Shown here piece by piece: positions 60,229 to 64,000 of a stretch of 64,000 nt of DNA. Numbering within the stretch: position 1 is the first letter of the stretch; every line of letters begins with the position of its first letter. The translations under genes and the position numbers were made by a program. Under the pieces are notes generated by a model. The model worked only from the letters and a program-made list of their open reading frames with translations, had not been told where the DNA came from and ran no database searches. The stretch is from Camelus ferus (Eukaryota), in NCBI RefSeq assembly GCF_009834535.1, contig NC_045702.1, positions 75,826,001 to 75,890,000 of the forward strand, given 5' to 3'.

Positions 60229-61135
60229 CAGGACATACACAGGCAGCATTGAGGAGGGTGTGTACACAGATTTGTTCCCGTGAAGAAGACAAACCACCTT
60301 CTGTTACTGAAGGACAAGAGTCTGGTCTCTCATACTATTTACCCTTACTATGTATACAGTTTCTATTTGGGGCCTTTTTATAGTCTTACTATAGATAGTG
60401 AGCAACAGTTAAGTCAAAAACCACAGTAAGGCCTTGGTTACAGCTTTCCTTTGTTTTCTATCAACAATAAACATGACTCATGTCACCAAGGCTCAACTCA
60501 ACCACATATGTGGATTCAGGAAGTTTTGGACATGCCCTGGGGGCTGGTGGGGCTGACCAGCTGGAGACTTGGCTCCTTAGGGAGACGGTGGTTGGCTAAA
60601 CTTGGGCTCCAGAGCCAAAATGTTGGTGAAGTCTGGGAAAATGTCTTCCTCTGACCCATGTGGAAGGAAACCTGAAGATAAAGAGAGTTCTCTGACTTGG
60701 TGTGGACATAGAGGCTGTGAATTCATGAGAAGAGCAGATATTGAACCCAACATCCCTCTAATTAACTTCCAGTTCAGCACCCCTCTTCACCTCACCCTGT
60801 CCCCTATCAGTGACCTCCACAGGAAACCATACCAGGTCAGGACCCCAGGGGACCTATGATGGAGTGACTGCACCAGAGGTAGGGTGCAGGAGGAACACAA
60901 GAATAGAGACACTTCTCCCCTGTCACNNNNNNNNNNNNNNNNNNNNNNNNNNNNNNNNNNNNNNNNNNNNNNNNNNNNNNNNNNNNNNNNNNNNNNNNNN
61001 NNNNNNNNNNNNNNNNNNNNNNNNNNNNNNNNNNNNNNNNNNNNNNNNNNNNNNNNNNNNNNNNNNNNNNNNNNNNNNNNNNNNNNNNNNNNNNNNNNNN
61101 NNNNNNNNNNNNNNNNNNNNNNNNNNNNNNNNNNN

Positions 61136-61403
61136 AAAGGCTGACCTTTCCCGAGCAAGAGGGAATTCTGCCAACGGATTGCCTTACCACTTGACCTGCA
61201 ACATCGGCTGTTCCTGGCTTGCTAGCAGAACCCATGGGTTCAAACGACAACTGTTTCCTGAGTCTCCAGCCTGCTCTTGGCCTCTGCCATCAGATTTTGG
61301 ACTTGCCAAGCCTCCATAATGAGCCAGTACTTTAAAACAAATCTCCTTCTCCATATATACATGTTCTACTAGTTCTGTTTCTTTGGAAAACCCTAACCAA
61401 TAC
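61136..61403 (+). mobile_element. MLT2 (ERVL) LTR 3' part; 5' part probably in the preceding gap
   Basis: cagattttggacttgccaagcctccataat..ttctgtttctttggaaaaccctaaccaataca. Confidence 0.8.
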
Positions 61404-61998
61404 AGGCTCACATTTCTCTCTCTTCAGGAGTAACACTTGGAGCAGAACAGATGTATGGCTCCAGACTCACCAAGAGGAGACTAGAAGACAGCAAACCAGG
61501 GACAGGAGCTTCCCAAGTAGGAGCTGAGGTCTCAGCACAGTGACATTGTGAGCAGTCACGTGAGAAACACTCACGGTGCCTCCAACTAGAGAGGAAGGGT
61601 TGGAAGCCCGTACTTCCAGGCTGCACCCACAGCTGGTGTAGCTCAGAGAAGCGTGGATTCCCTGAAGTACTGAAGCAAATCCTGCCTGTCAAGCCGGAGT
61701 CTTCATGTCGAAAAGCTTCTTACGGAGAGGATCAGTCCAGGTTTGGCTCTCCAGGCTTGGAAAGGGTCACTTCGAATTTCCTCTCTTTGTGGACAAAACT
61801 CATCAAATACTCATTATGTGTGGGCAACAACAGAAATCTCCATGTTCAGCTTCTTGACCTGCCTTTAAACAGTGGAACACACAACAAACAGCAACTCTTG
61901 AGAGTCCTCATGCACATGGGGTGATGCTTGGCTGTCAGCAGGGACTCACATGCTGGCATATATAAATAACACCCGCTTGGTCGGGCTTGCTGAAAACT

Positions 61999-62115
61999 TT
62001 TTTTTTTAAGGGGGGGTAATTAAGTTTGTTTGTTTTTAGTAGAGGTACTGGGTATTGAACCCAGGACCTCATGCATGCTAAGCATGCACTCTACCACTGA
62101 GCTATACCCTCCCCC
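61999..62115 (-). mobile_element. Vic-1-type SINE, long form
   Basis: gggggggtaattaagtttg..gaggtactgggtattgaacccagg..ctgagctataccctccccc; TSD CTG(A/T)AAACT. Confidence 0.9.
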
Positions 62116-62569
62116 AACTGTAAACTCCTTTGAAACTTAGGGACACATACATACTCTGTAGTGAGTCACGCTGGTAAAAAGATAGAAAGATAAAGGCGTT
62201 TGATATTTAGGAGAAAAGGAGGGGATCTCCGTGGGCAAGTTACATAAGAGAAGGCACAGAGGAGGAAATGAGGAAGCAGGAGCAAGGCAAAGGCCAAGGT
62301 CAACCGAAACAGGAAAATCAGCCTGAAAGCACATTGCTTGGTCTTTGAAGAGGGTTCCTCCAAGTCCCACCTGGTCACAAAGCCTAACCAAAGCTGGGAT
62401 GGGGAGCACTCTGGCCTCGGAGCTCTGAGACACGCACTGTCTCCTTTGGCATGTGGCACGGTTTTCTGGAATCATGAGCATTTCTGTACAAATGTCCTGA
62501 TTCTCCTATTAAATTTGAAGGCAGCACCACCACCCTTTTTTTTTTTTTTTTTTTGGAATAGTATATCCA

Positions 62570-63020
62570 TAGCGCAAGAGGTATGAACCAGACTAGATTT
62601 TAAGCACAAGAGAAGTTAACACAGGGAAGTCAGTGCTTATAAAATAGTTGGAAGTACTGAAGGAGCAGGTGTGTGGGCTGGGGCTTTCTGGAATGACTCT
62701 CTGGAACCCACAGAACTGACCCCCCACCTCCCAGGAGCTCCAACCTCCACACAAATTAGGATGATGGGGGACCAGGGGGCTGTCTCTGGACCTGCTGAGC
62801 TCGTGAACACACTGCAGCTGCTATGCTTGAAAATGTGGAAGTTGGAGTCAGGAACCACCCCTGATGCTAACGACTCGAAGCTTGAGCAGGCGCAGAAAAG
62901 AAGACCAGCAGCCTCTGTTTCACTTCCGCCATCTGAAACTCGCACAATCAGTGAGTCGCACATCCGCCACTACTCGGGAGTCTGGGAGATGTAGTTGTAA
63001 GCTTTCTAGCTTCTGAAACA
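62570..63020 (-). mobile_element. Ancient ERVL-MaLR LTR (MLT1M/N-like)
   Basis: ttaagcacaagagaagttaacacaggg..gggagtctgggagatgtagttgtaagctttctagcttct. Confidence 0.5.
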
Positions 63021-63584
63021 CAGAGCTTCTGGCACCCCAGGAAGAGGTAGGAATGGATACTCAATGCCTGTCGATATCCCACATAAGTAGTGATTATAAC
63101 TGGGGTGTTATCCTTGCCCTGGCTCACTGGCAATCTTGCGCTGGTTCTGTTCAGCCGCACCCAAGATCAAGTGCAAGGCCTCTCTCCCTCCTGTACCCTT
63201 GCCACTAGAGGTCCGGGGCCCCGCCTTCCTTCTCAAAGGCTGAGGAGCATTCCAGGATGTTGCAAAGAGGGGTTATCCATATGGAACAGGGAGGACAGAG
63301 ACCCAACAACTTCTCCTGCCGGTCAGGCAGTGGAAAAAGCCTGGTTGCTGGCAAGCGTAAGTCCTCACCAGACACATCATTGGCACAAAGCATGGGGCTT
63401 ACTCAGAGGCAGGCAGGCACTCAGTCCCGGCCCCAGCACCTCTCTCATCACTTCCCATCTGTCTCCCCCGTCCCTCAGCCTGGGGAGTACCGTCCTAACC
63501 CAACATCAGGGGCTTTGCTTCTACTGCTCATGTTTTCGAAATCTGCTGCCTATTGGTCCTCTCCAGTCCACAAGGGTCTAGAGC

Positions 63585-63775
63585 AATGGTTTTCAAACGC
63601 TGCTGCATCTAAATCACTTGGAAGTCTTGTTAAGACAGGCTGCTGGGCCTCATCCTCAGAACTGCTGGTTCAGGTCTAAGGCAGGCCCAAGAATTTGCCT
63701 TTCTAACAGGTACTCAGGTGACCCAGGTGATGCTGACGCTGCTGGTCTGGAGACTGCACTTTGAGAACCACTGGC
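63585..63775. mobile_element. MER5A DNA transposon
   Basis: caatggttttcaaac..ccaggtgatgctgacgctgctggtc..tttgagaaccactg. Confidence 0.85.
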
Positions 63776-64000
63776 CCAGGCTTTTGAAACTCCAAAACTC
63801 TGTGCTTTCTGCTCTCAAGTCCCATGCCTCAGGTATGAGCAAAGAATGGCTTATTTGTTCAAATGGGGGTACAGGACAAGGGGAAGGGGGAATAAAAAAT
63901 CTGGGAGGAAAAATAACTAATGTTTCAAAAACATCAACAACAAACAAAATCCCACCACTCTGTGGCAATAACGTGATCCCTTTGCTATGCTTTTAATATT

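Larger units (their letters stand above)
2904..61135. other. Eight assembly N-gaps: 2904-3038, 21084-21248, 21265-21395, 25586-25713, 33783-34277, 38123-38365, 38405-38612, 60927-61135
   Basis: direct reading; mostly inside L1/LTR elements, one flanked by CT/GA-rich sequence. Confidence 0.98.

Noticed and set aside
20848-61319. Longest listed ORFs (150-219 aa) around 21, 33.7, 38 and 61 kb
   Set aside because: They are open only because N-gaps contain no stop codons.
13745-63215. Weaker CTCF-like strings (~13747, ~14013, ~29767, ~63201)
   Set aside because: Two or more mismatches at informative positions; some lie in repeats.
63090-63679. 140-163 aa ORFs near the window end (and similar ones at 13.5 and 50.3 kb)
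   Set aside because: No recognisable domains or coding-like composition; several overlap LTR, L2 or MER sequence.

Overview
Mammalian, GC-moderate non-coding DNA, most likely from a camelid (alpaca/llama/camel). This is inferred from four copies of the tRNA-Ala-derived Vic-1-type SINE and cetartiodactyl-type L1 3' ends. I find no supportable protein-coding gene; the supplied ORFs are chance ORFs, L1 ORF2 remnants, microsatellite translations or artefacts of N-gaps. A large part of the window is decayed repeats (MIR, L2, L1, MLT1/MLT2/ERVL LTRs, MER5A/MER33/MER96-type DNA transposons), with eight N-gaps, mostly inside repeats. The unexplained sequence holds the points of interest: homeodomain-motif-dense candidate enhancers (8.9-9.1, 13.3-13.4, 16.1-16.7 kb); a near-consensus CTCF site (10.57 kb) with a weaker convergent partner (32.6 kb); a ~2.4 kb repeat-free, minus-strand, mRNA-3'-end-like block of unidentified origin (25.9-28.3 kb); a plus-strand intron/exon/donor module with no coding frame (34.66-34.93 kb); and two promoter-like motif clusters (51.6-51.8 kb, and 62.9-63.0 kb inside an old LTR). 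Repeat subfamily names and boundaries are by eye and approximate. I see no strong evidence of a wholly new biological system; the regulatory and lncRNA calls are testable hypotheses.
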